From Seison nebaliae (taxonomy: Eukaryota), in assembly GCA_023231475.1 (NCBI GenBank), contig JALJEE010002733.1, positions 124,001 through 188,000 on the forward strand: DNA of 64,000 bases, in the 5' to 3' direction. This document shows, piece after piece, positions 14,580 through 28,434 of the stretch. Position numbers and translations under genes: made by a program. How positions within the stretch are numbered: position 1 is the stretch's first letter; every line of letters starts with the position of its first letter. The notes beneath the pieces were generated by a model that saw only the letters and a list, made by a program, of their open reading frames with translations, was not told the DNA's origin and made no database searches.

Positions 14580-15200
14580 TATGTAAATTATCGTTATTTG
14601 TATAATTCAATATTTATCCTTAAATATATGAACCATACGTACATGATGAAGATAACTTATTCATTTATTTTTAGCCATACATGAAGTAAATTTTATTATA
14701 TATTACAAATACTCGTTCATGTATGTCTGATAACAGAAATATATCACTGATAGAATAGAGCGGATGAATGTTCCATCGATAAATTTGCATTTTATAAGTT
14801 TCTATTTTTAATTTTCAGCGGACAACACATCCATTCAATAAAATTACACTCTTCTTCACATTCTCTACAGTTATACACATCCACAATTCAGACACATTAA
14901 TATCAATGACATATTGTCGAACATCTGACAATGTGACACAATTGTCACATCAAAATTGACAACATTGTGAACGAATAGTTCAATTGATTCAACTGTCAAT
15001 TTGTTATATTTGTATGTTTAGGAATTTCAATTGAATTAAACATTAACTTAAATTGAATTGAATAATAGAGTTTTATGTGAATTGAATAATATAAATTCAT
15101 TTCTGAAGAATTGTGAAATTGTGAAGATTATTAGAAAATTAAATGGAATAATACTTAAAAATAAGATTAATAAATTGGTGGAAGATGAAATAGAAATATT

Positions 15201-18200
15201 TTATGTTTCAGGATGATCTTCTTCGTTTTCTTCGATAGTATTATTAGAAATTTCGGTGGGAGAAGTTTGTTCACTGGATGTTCTCAACATATTCGTTAAG
15301 AGATATTGGAGATTGATATAATTTGGATTTTGCTCTGTTAAATGATTAGTCGAATTCGAGGGAACTTGGTCAGATGGACGCGCAGTTATCGTTTCTGAAT
15401 ATCGAGATAAACGGTCAGTGTTTCTACGATAATGATGATTGGAGTTAGGTGTTAATGAGACATCATCTAAAGTATTGTTTAAATGTTGTAATGATTGTAA
15501 AGAAGATTTGGATTGACAAGTATACTGATCGTATCGTTGAGGATGAATGATATGTTGAAGAGATTGACGATTACGGGAGAAAGTGTCGTCGATCATATGC
15601 AAAAACATTTGGTCGACGCGATGGAGAATCATAGAACATAAATCGTTAATATTATTCGATGGGACGGATATATTCTCATTATTCTCTTCTTGACCATTTC
15701 GATATTGTACTGAAGAATTTTCAGATCTTATTGTATTATTATGTGGATTTATTCTGGTATTATCCACTTCAGCTAATCGATGTGTTGGCATTTGTTGTGG
15801 TTGATGTTGCTGTGATCGTTGTAGTAATTGAATCGATTCGTTTTGTGTCTGTGGTTGAGAAGGCAACCCAAATGGTTGTAGAGAAATAAGATTGTCTCTT
15901 AATCGAATATGTTCTTGTTCCGATTGTTGGGACAATGAATTGCGAAGTGATTGTGGTTGTTGTTGCGCAAATTGTGGAGATTGGTGTTGCATTGGCTCTC
16001 GATGTGAATGGAGAATTGGTAATTGTTGAGGATGATGAACATTTTGGGTTTGTGATGGATGTTGCTGAAATTGCGGAAGTGAGACATTTGGTGATTGGGA
16101 TAATGAGATTGAAGTTATTGGAGAATTGGTATTATTTGGTGAATAATTATTGTGCATAATTGGTAACACAGAAGATGAGACATTACTTACATTTGTTAGT
16201 TGGAAATTTGGTCCAATTGGTGGTGATATATTCGGTTGTTGAAAATGTTCTTGGCGTAAGTGTGGTTGTTCTTGAACTTGTGGTTGTCTACGTATCGGTT
16301 GGATGATTTGTTCAGATAATGAATGTTGTCTAATTCTTTGATCTTCATGAATTATATCATTAGGTCTTGATATTTGCGATTGAGAATAACGTCGTTGACG
16401 TCGATGATCTGAATTAAGTTCATCTTGTATGATGTTTTGTCCATTTGGTTGATTTTGTTGTTGATGTTGTTGTTGATGTTGTTGATGTTGAAGTTGCTGT
16501 TGCTGTTGTTGTTGTGGTTCTGAATTTATTTCATGGTTCGATTCTATTTGAACAGTCTTTTTTGGATTCCTATGATAGAACGGTAAGGTGTCCAATTGTG
16601 GTATTCCAGTTGGACTGTTAATCATATTGAATGGAATTGAAACGGTACCGGAAACTCTCATTAATCCACCATCTTTCTTCTGTTTGGCATTTATTGGAAT
16701 ATTTACCCATTTGTCCTCATACACATAATATTTCCCAATCACTAAATCAATACTACCTCCAATGATGGTAATAGAAGTGACGGTAGGTTTATAAGTTTTC
16801 CTTCTGCCATGTACCTCACACAAAGGACTTGCCAAATGAAATAAAGTTCTATCGAAATTATCCGATTGCATCAACAACTCTTCGACCTCTTCATTCTTTA
16901 GATAATCTTTAATTTTCTCTTTATTGACTTTATTCTCATCCCCTTTCTCCTCCTCCAAAAGCATTGGTAGATAACCCAAAATCAAACTACATTCTCGAAA
17001 CGATGCTTTCAATGTATCGATTTCGTACCATTTTTGTTCGTGTATGTCGAAACATTCACAAATGTAAATTGGTCGTTTGTCATTACCAATTCCCCCACAC
17101 ACAATTATTCGATCATCGACATAACAAGCGGAATGCCAACTTCTCACATGATTCATCGGAGTTTGTTCTATCCAATTGGAGACGGTCTGTGTATAAGGAC
17201 AAATGTCTAATCTCAATACATTGTTCGTATATCCGGTTGCTGAAGGAATTGAAGGATCGACTGCCACAAATCCACCCATAACATAAATGGAAATCACTGA
17301 ACTGAATTCATTATCAACCGAATCGATATATTTATCAATCAATTGATATTTCTTATCTTTCTTATTCAATAATTTCCCGAATCTTCTCGTCGTGATTTTG
17401 TTGATATTATTTACATTCTTCCTTACCACCACACAACCAGCATGACCATGTCTAGCTTCAGGCAAATGGATTAATTGTTGAATGACTGTCTGCGAATTGA
17501 AATGTTTCTTCTTTAATTTATATTCTTTCACTATTCGTAATTTCTTCTGAAACAAATCCTTATCATTTATCATATCATTTCCATCACCATCACCATCACC
17601 ATTACCTTCATTTTCACTTTCAATCTCTTCATCATTTTCATCATCCGATACGAGACCGTTATTCATTCTCTTCAGATTCTTTTTCGTATTTCTCTCACAT
17701 TCCTCAAATTTCAATAATTGCTCTGTAATTATATCGATATCGATCATTTTTTTATTGATCACCGTTGTCCATTCATTGATTCTCATATCGAACATCTCAA
17801 CACAATTCAATAATCCTTCACTATTCCGTCCACCCACCACAATTATCATTCCGAATGTTTCCGATTCAATCAAATCATTCAACGAGAAATTTGACCGATT
17901 CTTATCATGTTTATAAATCTGATTATTTGTCGTATTCTGTTCGAAGAATGGAATGATACAAGCATAAAAATACGCTCTCGCATATTTCATTGATGGTAAT
18001 TGTTTCCATTGATGTCGATGAGAGTCATATCTCCAAACCACATTCGTCGCATATTCCCCCAATTGACACGGTGCCGTACAACCACCAAGGAAATAATAAA
18101 ATCCTCGAAATTCCAAAACTTTCATATTGGTCAAACCTTTAATTTCTTTCAGATGATTTTTTGAAGAACTGATATTTGGAATACGTAAATAGGAATTATT

Positions 18201-19776
18201 CGATTCGATCAATTCATAATTGAGGAATTTCTCTCCTTCTTCCTTCTCATCTTCACTCAACATCTTCCCATTATTAATCTTCAAATTGAGACAAGTCGTT
18301 CGTACTTTCTTCTCGACAATTCTCTCACTTTTTTCCTCCTTCACATATTGTAATCCACCACAAACAAATATACAATTATTCTCAATAAATCGACTACGTG
18401 AAGAGAATAAGAACGAATATTGATATCTCTTCGACGATTTCTTCCCAATAGAGACATTCTGTAATTTCTTTCTCGTTCTCATAATAATTCCAGTTCGATT
18501 ATTTTTTATCGATAATATACATGATGGTAACAACATTAATGGTTGTTCATAATTCTCATTGAAATAATTTAAAAGATTCAAATAGAATAATGATAGAAAT
18601 CGATTACTCTCAAACCAAATCTTCATTGATGGAATCAATAAGATTATTCGATTAAAATCATTCACATTAATCATCGGCCATCGAATTCGTAAAAGAACCA
18701 GATCGAATAATTCTCGATTCAATTCGTCATGCAATGGCAATTGAGAAGCGAATTCGAACATTTCATTTATATCTTTTATATTCACTAATGTTTTGTCTGA
18801 TGCTGTTCTCTTTTCTTCCATTCCATCCGAATCAGTCGAATCGGAATCACTTTCTGTATCAGAATCCAATTCGCAAATATCTGAAGAGATCGTTCCATAT
18901 AAACTGGCGATTTTAGAAGAAACGATTCGTTTTCCATTCTTCATCGTGATTAATTGTAAAGCAAAATAGAGGACATCCAATTCGAATAAATCTTCGTTTT
19001 CTGAATTCTTATTTTCAATGAATAGATTATCGGCCGAAAATATTTGAAGGATATTCTCATATTTTAACAACAAGATCGTTCCATTCGAACAAACTTCATT
19101 TAAATTCTGTAAAATAAAATTGAAAACTTTCCGTCGCAATATCGAACAAAATGGTTCGACGATGTCGTACTGAAGATAAAATGGATAAAAATTCTCGTTT
19201 TTTGAGAAATCGTAAAGTGATGCCGTCTGCAAATAATGGATCCAATTATTCCCGTTAATTCCATTGAGAAAATTCATTTCGCTAAATTCTCGAATCGTAT
19301 CACATTGGAGTAGATGAGATGCATCCAACAATTTCGCCACATCTTCATATGCTGAAAATATGAGTTTTTTATATTTTTAAAATTTTATTAATTTATAGAA
19401 TGAATGTTAACTCTTCAGTTGCATATCATCGGTTAGATGATGATTATCATTCTGATAAATAATTGTTAAAGCAAATTTCAACGTCTTCATATCAATTGTC
19501 TTCAATCTGATCGATCTATTCTTCGCATCTTTCATTGAACTAGTGAATAATGCGTAGAAGAATGGACTGACAGCCGCCAACACCGACCGATGTGCCGAGA
19601 TTTTCTCACCTAAAATTACAATTAATTTAATTAATTTGAATGATTAACGAACCTTCACTACTGATTAGATCGATGTCACATAATGATTTTTTTTTGAATA
19701 ATAAATCAAGATTCCGAATAAAGTCGTGAGATGTCGATTCTCTCATTTGTGTCTTGTTATTAATACGAAAAAACAT
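15201..19776 (-). CDS. BTB-BACK-Kelch (KLHL-family) Cullin3 adaptor with large insertions and a long Gln/His-rich C-terminal tail, ~1490 aa
   Basis: Exons 19776-19653, 19609-19412, 19351-15201 total 4473 nt, in frame; introns 43 and 60 nt, both GTT. BTB motifs are LCDIDLISSEG|EKISAHRSVLAAVSPFFYALFTSSM and DVAKLLDASHLLQ. BACK motif is LLLRIRWPMI. Kelch motifs are YFLGG..VWRYDSHRHQWKQLPSMKYAR, VVGG..VEMFDMRINEW and IIVCGG..CECFDIHEQKW. The start codon (19776 or 19746) is uncertain. Confidence 0.88.
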
Positions 19777-21275
19777 TTTTTTTGTCAGAATAAGAAATAT
19801 TGGAGTTGGACAAAATAATATTATGAAAAAAGGAGATGGAAAGAACGTGAGAATTTGAAAAGATATAATATTATGATCTTAGAACTTTAAATATCGAATG
19901 ATAATGATATTAAATGAAAAGAAGACTAATAAGATTAACTTCCCATTTTTCCCATTTAACAACTTTGGCGATAATCGTCGTGAAATCGAAGGTCAACCTC
20001 CAGTTCATATGGAGAAAAATATGAAACTTTCTTTAAATACATAAAATTCAATAATCGTTTAACATTTCTAATGAATTACATAACATAACATTATCATCAC
20101 TTTTACCATCAACATCATTCATTTCGATAATTTCCTCAAATTAATTTTAATCAAACATTTCATCCAAACTTCTCACGACATCGGAGAGATACGACTAAAC
20201 ATTTCCCGATATATCTCATATTCAATAGAAGAACTTAATTAATTTAGTTTTCTTTCTTATCATCAATTTGTCGATAACAGTAATTTATTAATAGATTAGA
20301 TTAATAATTATCCCATAAATATATTTATATATATAGATATAACATTTTTTTTATTGTAAATGTAAATCTCTATAGGGTAATTGAAATAGATGTCACTTTC
20401 TGGAGAAAGGAAGAAATAGAGCACTTGAATAGGAATGAAATGTCTATCGATTGATCGAAGAGAAAATAGAAAAAGAAAATATAGATAAAAAAAAAGTCTC
20501 AAAAAATTAAAATTTTTATTTTTGAAAAAATTCGAAGAACCTTTGAAGGAGAGTCGAAAAAATATAATTTATGTTTTAATTGTTCATTCCTTTTATATTA
20601 TATTAAGATTGGATAAAACAATAATATTGTTGCCATTTGGGCGTGTCCAATCGATTAACTGATTCATTCCCACCCCTAAAATGGGGAAGATGATATGGAT
20701 TGTGTCAAGATAAAATTCTAAAAAAATTCTTCCGAAATTTGTTGTTATTTGTGATTATTATTATGTAAATAATGATTATTTGTCAGTGAGAGAAAAGGAA
20801 TCTTTTAAGAAAATAATCAATAACCTCTCAAAAATGTTGGGAAGAATCTTATTTGGGAAAAGGTTAACCAGAACTCTCATCCAAATTCCCATTGGAAGAA
20901 AGGCATTTTGAGAGAGTATTGATGAATTGTCAACATTCTAAATTATCATCACTCGCGACATTCATTCCAACGATTAAATTCGACATTCGAACGTGAGAAA
21001 GATTAGGATGAAGGTGAAAGAAGATCACATCAGATGGAGAACGATGAAGTCGATTTGTGGAAGAGTTACATCTCTTCCATCTTCATTCTAAAGAGTCTTG
21101 ATAATTAATTATTATTTAATCATTTCTATCCAATATAAATACAAAGGAAGATGTTTGATGAATAAACATTATCTCATTTAACCGCAATAAAACAATCTCG
21201 ATTCTAAACTCGATTCTTTACGAGAAAAGAAAATCCAAAAATTTTTTTGTTACGACATATAATTTCGAATAAGGA

Positions 21276-22052
21276 ATGATAAGAATTTACCTTTTTCTCG
21301 TTCTCAATTCATATTTGATTTGGTGTAAAAAAAATGAACGAACAACTCTCTCTTTGGAAGGATGTGGAATTTATCAAGCGGCCGGATGTCCACATCCACC
21401 TGGTCCAATGCCTTCACATTTAGCTCCAACTGCTGCTGTATATCCTGCGGGCGTCTCTCCTCCCAATACTCCCAAATCGAAAATAAATCGAGAACAAGAA
21501 TTATCAAAAGAGCATTGTGAACAAATTAGGAAACATGTCTCTTGTATGAGAACGTCGATTGCCGGTTGTGAGAAAGGTTATAATGATGCGAAAGTTACAA
21601 TTCTTGGCAATTTGAAACCGTGGATTAAAGAACTGAATATGTATTGTGGCGGTGACAATACGATGAAGAAGAAAGAGAAAAAACGAACAACTCCAAAGCC
21701 GACAGCACGTCGACGAACTGTAACTCCGTTATTGATGGCCGATGCAAGTGATCCCCGTTGTCAAGTTCAATCACACTGGACGGATTGTACGAGATCAGCA
21801 TCACAAAAGTCATTCTCATCCAAAAAACGAGACTCTTCATTAAAAAATAATTGTCGTTCAAAAGTTGGAATGATTAGTCGTTGTGTTCAAGATAATTTAA
21901 ATAGAAATCGTTGTATCTCTCCAATTACACAACAATCTTTAATGAAACGAAAATCAGCGTCATTGACCTTCTGCAACCATTCCAATCAACTCACATCGAC
22001 AACTTTAACAATTTTCTCAATAATTATTCTTTTCATCTTTTCCAGCAATTAG
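21276..22052 (+). CDS. Single-exon Cys-rich extracellular protein, probably GPI-anchored (258 aa), family unassigned
   Basis: N-terminal hydrophobic signal MIRIYLFLVLNSYLIWC. Two Cys-spaced helical modules are separated by a basic/Thr linker. The C-terminus CNHSNQLTSTTLTIFSIIILFIFSSN* has small residues followed by a terminal hydrophobic tail with no cytoplasmic part. Confidence 0.75.
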   Translation: MIRIYLFLVLNSYLIWCKKNERTTLSLEGCGIYQAAGCPHPPGPMPSHLAPTAAVYPAGVSPPNTPKSKINREQELSKEHCEQIRKHVSCMRTSIAGCEKGYNDAKVTILGNLKPWIKELNMYCGGDNTMKKKEKKRTTPKPTARRRTVTPLLMADASDPRCQVQSHWTDCTRSASQKSFSSKKRDSSLKNNCRSKVGMISRCVQDNLNRNRCISPITQQSLMKRKSASLTFCNHSNQLTSTTLTIFSIIILFIFSSN

Positions 22053-22595
22053 CCAAAAAAAACCATCAACGATCTTATCGTCAACGATTATTCATAACAA
22101 AAAAATTAAAAATTATGGTCAAAAATTATTGTGTCGAAAGAAGAAAAATATTTTTGAAATATCTTAACAAATCTTTTTCTCATTTCTATTTTTTCAGCAA
22201 ATAATTTTATTCTTTTTCTATTGTTGTCGATCGCTTCACTTCATAATAAATTTATATAAAAATGAAGAAATTTTTCTGTATAAAATGATTTATTTGATAA
22301 GGGAAAGAACTAGAGTCCAATCGGAAGTTAATATGAATACGAAAATACGTATGATGCATATTAGTAGGACTACATCAGAATGGACTGGCTAACATAAAAC
22401 GAAGAATTGGATGAAAATAAATAAATAAGAAATTTACTTCCATCTAAAAGGGAAGTCCTAGAAGAGAAAGTTTATGAGACTAATATATTAATAAAATTAT
22501 TTTGTTGTACGAAATATTTTCATGTGAGAAGAAAATTCAATTTTTTTCTAAATTCTTATTTCGTTCTTTTATTTTTAGTGTAAACTCTCATTTTA

Positions 22596-24319
22596 CTAAT
22601 GATCGAGAATACGGAGATTACCACAAACAATACAATTTTCAAGACAAGCTTCTCGTGGAATATCGATGCGACTTCCTGGATTGGCGATAACGATGACAGT
22701 GCCTCGAAACTTCACATCTTTATCGAAATTGACATCACCAGATACGGTCAAATGGTCTAATTCCAACGAATCGGGAGGCTTCCCACCAAATCGCCTCAAA
22801 TAATCGGAAATTTGTTTGAATTGTGATCCTAATTTGACGACGGGAATTGAAGGATAACTCCGTTTCTCATTCATTTTCAAATGACCATGTTCATCCATTC
22901 GATAAAGATTTGACATGACAACTAACAAGTCGCTCGTAGTTTTTACGGGAAGAAAACGACTTCGAGGTACATTGATGCCTCTTGCATTTTTGAATGATTT
23001 TATTGCTGCTCCAATAGCCATCTCCAATTGGATGATATTACGACCATCACCTGTTGTTTTCGGATTAACAATGACTTCCATATCTAATTGATTATTCTCA
23101 ATTCTTGTTTTGATCGCTTTTAGATTAATCCACAAATTATTCGTATTGAAAATTCTGAAATAAATTATTAAATTAATGAGAAAGAAGAAAGAGAAAAGAA
23201 CTTAAATTTGGATACTGATTTAAATTCGTCAACTTTGTCGGAAGGAACTTGGGCGATTTCCAATAGACGTAACTTATTTTCATATTTGATCAAAGTTCCA
23301 CCTTTCACATCCGATCGTGTCTTATTTGTGACTTCCATGACAAATTCTGGTTTATTCTCATCATCATTATCAACAAGCCATTGTAAGATTTTCATATCAA
23401 CAGTCGCTCCGAGATTATCGATATTTGAAACGAAAACATATTCTCGTCCATTTTCCATTAAACAATCCAACAATTTCGAATCGTTAAGTGATTGATATAA
23501 ATCGCCATGACCTGGTGGATACCACCATTCTTTATTCCGTTCATCATTATGTCCAATCAAACTCGTTTGTAATGGATTTCGTTTTTTCTGGTGGATTTTG
23601 AAAGAATCCGTTTGACGGTTCGTTTCAGCATTCGCTGCAATTGGCAAACCGTTTTCTTTATCGATTCTTGGGAAACGAGATTGTTCGAATGTGAAAATTC
23701 TCGTTCGATAATGTTGATATTTCATCAAAACGGTTTGTGTATCGGCATCCGTATAGAAGGAATTCATAAGAATTAATGGCACATCAGAATCATATTTATG
23801 ATTCAATTGTTCCAATTGTTTCATTGTAATATCGAGAAATGTCAAACCGTCACGTACATTAATGATACTTTTCGGTCCTGTACATCCCATCGATGTACCC
23901 AGACCACCATTCAATTTAATTACAGCTAATTTACTCAATCGTCGTTGAATATTTGCCGTATCATTCAAATCAATTTCACCAATCGATGAATATGGTACGA
24001 ATTCTTCATCTTTAACCAATTCGATTTTATCCCAATTAATACAAGCCGTATCGGATTGTAACCATCTTTTATATAATCTTTCAAATTGAATCATTTCTTT
24101 TCGCACCATCCGATAACGGAAAGATTCATCCTCTTTTCCTTCATTCGCTTTTTTCAATTCATCTAACATCGAATTCAATCGAATTATTAACCGACTATTC
24201 GCATTCTTTCGCTCTATCTGCATATCTCCACAATCTTTATCCACGACGATTCCATGACGATCAGCGTCCAACAGATCGTTGTCGGACACTTCCGTTAAAT
24301 TCAACGCTACTGTTGTCAT
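22596..24319 (-). CDS. UGP2: UTP--glucose-1-phosphate uridylyltransferase (UDP-glucose pyrophosphorylase), ~558 aa
   Basis: Exons 24319-23202 and 23154-22596; a 47-nt GTT..CAG intron restores SKFK|IFNTNNLW. Motifs: KLNGGLGTSMGCTGPKS, WYPPGHGD, SNIDNLGA, DVKGGTLI, LLEIAQVP, VPRSRFLPVK, C-terminal NLRILDH. Confidence 0.96.
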
Positions 24320-24810
24320 TAACAATGTCTATATAAGAGAAGTGAAAAAAAAAATATGGGAATATTATTTTATGGAGGAGATGAGTGAAGGAGATGTCGA
24401 GAAGGAATGACATCAATAGAAACATTTAAAAAATTAGTTCGAATGTAAAGAAAAATAATTTTATTCTTTTGTCAGAGCAGCCGTTAGAAATAATTGAGCA
24501 AAAATTTTCCGAAACACATTCTCCCACTATCGTTATCTGACATGTGAGAGAGAAAGATTCTCATTGAATGTTTAAAAAAAGAAAAAGAAAAAATAATAAA
24601 TTTTTCAAATTACATACCGGAAACAATTTGATAGGAAAATTATTTTATGAAGTTTGTGCGCACAGGAAACTAATGTATGAGTTTAGCGTTTTCCAATTAA
24701 TTTCTTATTAAATTAATTCTCTAAGCATATAAAGTATGTAACCTCTGTCATTTGAAGTGAACTTATTTAAAAGAGGTCGAATGAGAAGAAGTAAATCGAA
24801 CGTCTATAAA

Positions 24811-24960
24811 AGATTAAATGGACAAATGAGAAAACGAATGAAATTTAAATGGACAAATGGGAAATCGAATGAAATTTAAATGGACAAATAGGAAATCGAA
24901 TGAAATTTAAATGGACAAATGGGAAATCGTATGAAATGATAATGGATAAATGGGAAATGA
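24811..24960. repeat. 31-bp minisatellite, about 4-5 imperfect copies (AAATTTAAATGGACAAATGGGAAATCGAATG)
   Basis: Near-identical units at 24841, 24872 and 24903, with degenerate flanking copies. It explains the spurious ORFs 24845-25138 and 24900-25145. Confidence 0.9.
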
Positions 24961-27900
24961 AAGGGGAAAATGCATTTATGGATCTCTCAAAACATCTCTC
25001 AAAAAATAATGGTAAGATTACATTACTGAATGGCGTTATTAATAATATATTTGTAAATTCATATAATCTAAAAATCGATTTAACGTCTAAAAAATGTGGA
25101 GATTCTCCACTGGAGAAGTTCAAGAGATTATTCAACATATGTTGAATCGATCGATAAAAAGATGTTATATCTTTGTTAAATAATATTATGTTTATTTGAA
25201 TTATTATAGTCGCAATTTCCGAATTTTTTCTTTTTCTTTAAAAAAAACAATATCACTCGTTCGTATATATGTTTAGTCGATTCATATAATATTGAATAGA
25301 ATACGATAAAATGGAGATAACTTGAAAATTTTTTCAATTAACAATGTTTGAAAAAGATGAAAATATTGTATTGTATTTCATAATAACTATTGAAAATGCC
25401 GGAAAAACAGAAAATAATTGTGTTTTTAGTATTTTTATAAAAGAGTTCACTCGTCAAAAAAGAAATGATAGATCTGTCCATTTTTCTTTACGTAGAAGAA
25501 GAGTTGATAAGAGAGTAGACTTGTCTCCTATTCAATTGTACGAACGCTATAATTTTATACTTGCTCTAATTCAATTCGATTAAATTGAGAAAGTTCAAAT
25601 TTAGAAATGAAGACTAAAACATGTAATTCTTGTACGTTTAACAACATTATAGAAACGGTGAGATTTTGCTAGAAATAGTTGAATTTAATTCGTTCGCACA
25701 ATTGATAAATTGACGAAAAATTTATAAGAAGGAGAGGATCATATATGGACGAAGATGAGTCGTGTTTTGGTAGTGTCAATATTTTAATGTCATTAAACCT
25801 GTGTGGGAAACTTTTTATCTTTTTCTTTCATATAATATTTCTTTTTCATTTTTACGAACTTCTTCGCAAAACTTCTCACAATATCAGTTAATACACTGTG
25901 TCTAATACATGTTATCTACGACGTAGATACTTAATCATATAAGATATTCTCAATAAATTATACGTATTACATTATAATAAATAAATTAGAATTCATTGTT
26001 AAATTATGAGCTTTCATGCTTCCATTAATGATCTTATACTCACTTCCTCTCATATAACTGTCATAAAGTCAACACTTTATCTCTGACGTATAATATATGT
26101 ATTCTATACGAGACAAAAATGAGAAAAATAATTAAGAGAATAAATTGATCGACAATTAATAATCGTTAACAAAAGAATAACCAAAATCAGTACATCAACA
26201 AAAAGAGTTTGATACTCAAAAAAAATTTTAATCTCACAATTCTTCTCAATGAATCTATTTTTTTTTAAAGATTCTTATTAACATTGCTCAGTCTTAATAA
26301 TGTGTAAATGGTGTGAATAAATGAGATAAAAAGTAGGAAACTCTAACGACATTGAATGGGACGATTCTTTCACATAAGAAAATAAATGATGGAAAAACTT
26401 TTATTTTCTGATATGATCTCATTGAAACTTCTCCATTTATATAATTCTTCTTCTTACAAGAAATAATTGATTCATATCGGAAGATGAAAAAAGATGGTGA
26501 GCTATCAGCAGATCGGATTATGGTACAGAGAATTATGCATTTTTCTGCTTACAATCACATACTGATGATTCAACAATTCATTCAGCAACAACTTTTTTTT
26601 CCCATTTCTCAAAATCTCTTCACTAATGTAAGTTTTTAGCCGAAAATAATTTTCCCATTATTCTTTTAACATTCTCATTATTCGTCTCTACTCCATGTGA
26701 AGTTGAAGGGAAAATGTAGTTTCAAATTTCAATACAATAACTTGTGTATAAACATCATTAAAAAATTGTTTTCAGCTGATGATTTAACAAATTTAAGAAG
26801 ATCATTATCTCTTGTTATGAGGACATGAAATTTTATTTCGTTTTCAATAAACAAAATCAAATTTCATTAATACAGAGAATAAATGATATTCAAACGAATC
26901 GAATACTATTAGAGTAAAATTTAATTTCCATAAAATCTCGTAATATGATCGTATTACGACACATGATGAATAAATCTCATTGAAAAAACGATTAAATATT
27001 TTGAATGGACATTTAATAATTTTAACTGAGAGAAGACGTTGATGAAATTATTTTGAATGAATATTTGATCGGGAGGAAAGGAAAACTAAAATTTCCCTCC
27101 CGAAAATTTACCATTTCTCTCAATTTAGAAATGAATGGAAGAAATGTTAGACAGCTGCCAAATAAATAAATTTCAAGTGAAAAATTTTCGATAAATATGA
27201 AAAGAATTTATTTAGAAGAATATTTAAATTATTTAACATCCATTTGTTGAATAATAAACTACTGTGAAAATGAGATTTTGGGTACATATCTAATTGTTTC
27301 GAACAAACTGATCAATCTCTTTTGTTTTTCTCCCGCGAAAAGTATAATTCAAATCAATGTAGATAAAAGAAGTACATTTGAGAACGATTATTTATTATAT
27401 ATATTATTAATATTTTTTTTAAAAATTATTTTAAGAGCAATTTCAAAAATTAAAATGAAAACAACTTTTTGGTCGTTCCCTTATAAGTAATTTTGATATT
27501 CGAAAGGAAATGAATTCTCAACGATTTTCTCAAATAATTCCTGAGAATTTTAAGTGGAGGACAAAAGAAAATATTCAAAAAATTTTTAAACATACTAGAT
27601 TTGCGCTTTTTAGGGAAATGTAAAATATTAAATTGAATAACTTAAATTATTCACTATGTTTATTGCATTACATTTGTAAGAAAGAAAATTGAAAAATTAA
27701 TTCATTTTTTAATAGGAATCGAAAAGTTAATAAACAGATTTGGGTGTTATTGATTTTTGTTTAGGAATTACATCAGAACGAATTGACGTGGTAGGAGGAA
27801 AGAAGATGTAAATGGGAATTAGAGTCGAATTATAAATGAAAAGGAAAGGAAAAAAATTGGAATTGTTAGGTAGAATCGAATAAACGAAATGAAAAAAAAA

Positions 27901-28434
27901 ATTTGACGGTTAATTAACAATAGATAAGAATTGGTATTGATTTTGTTGTTGTTTGGAAGTAGAAATGATGCAATTAGTTTTTTTCATTTCTATTTTAGTG
28001 AATTTCAATTCGATTACTCGTTTGATATTATAGGAGGGAAGTAACAAAGTTTAGCAGATGTCAAATAGAAGTTTATTTTTGTTCGATTTTTAAAGGAATT
28101 GAAGGACATGTTGCTCAATTTCCATATTATTTTCTCCATTTTTTTACTCTGTTCCACTTGTATAATTTCTCGAATGAACCTGCTATTTTATAAGTTTTGA
28201 CAATTTTATTAATCGCCATAGGAAAGAAAGAAGTAAAGGAAAAAAAGTAACGGAAAACGAAAAAAAAACTTGTTATAAACATCCTTTTCGATTTGACTGT
28301 TCCTTGAAAAGAAAGATATTTTCTTAATAATTTTTTGGGTTAATAATCCTTTTTCTCAAATCCCAATTACCAAATAATTTCATACCTCTTCACATATCCT
28401 CCGTTTCTGTTCATATTAACCATTAATCATCCAT

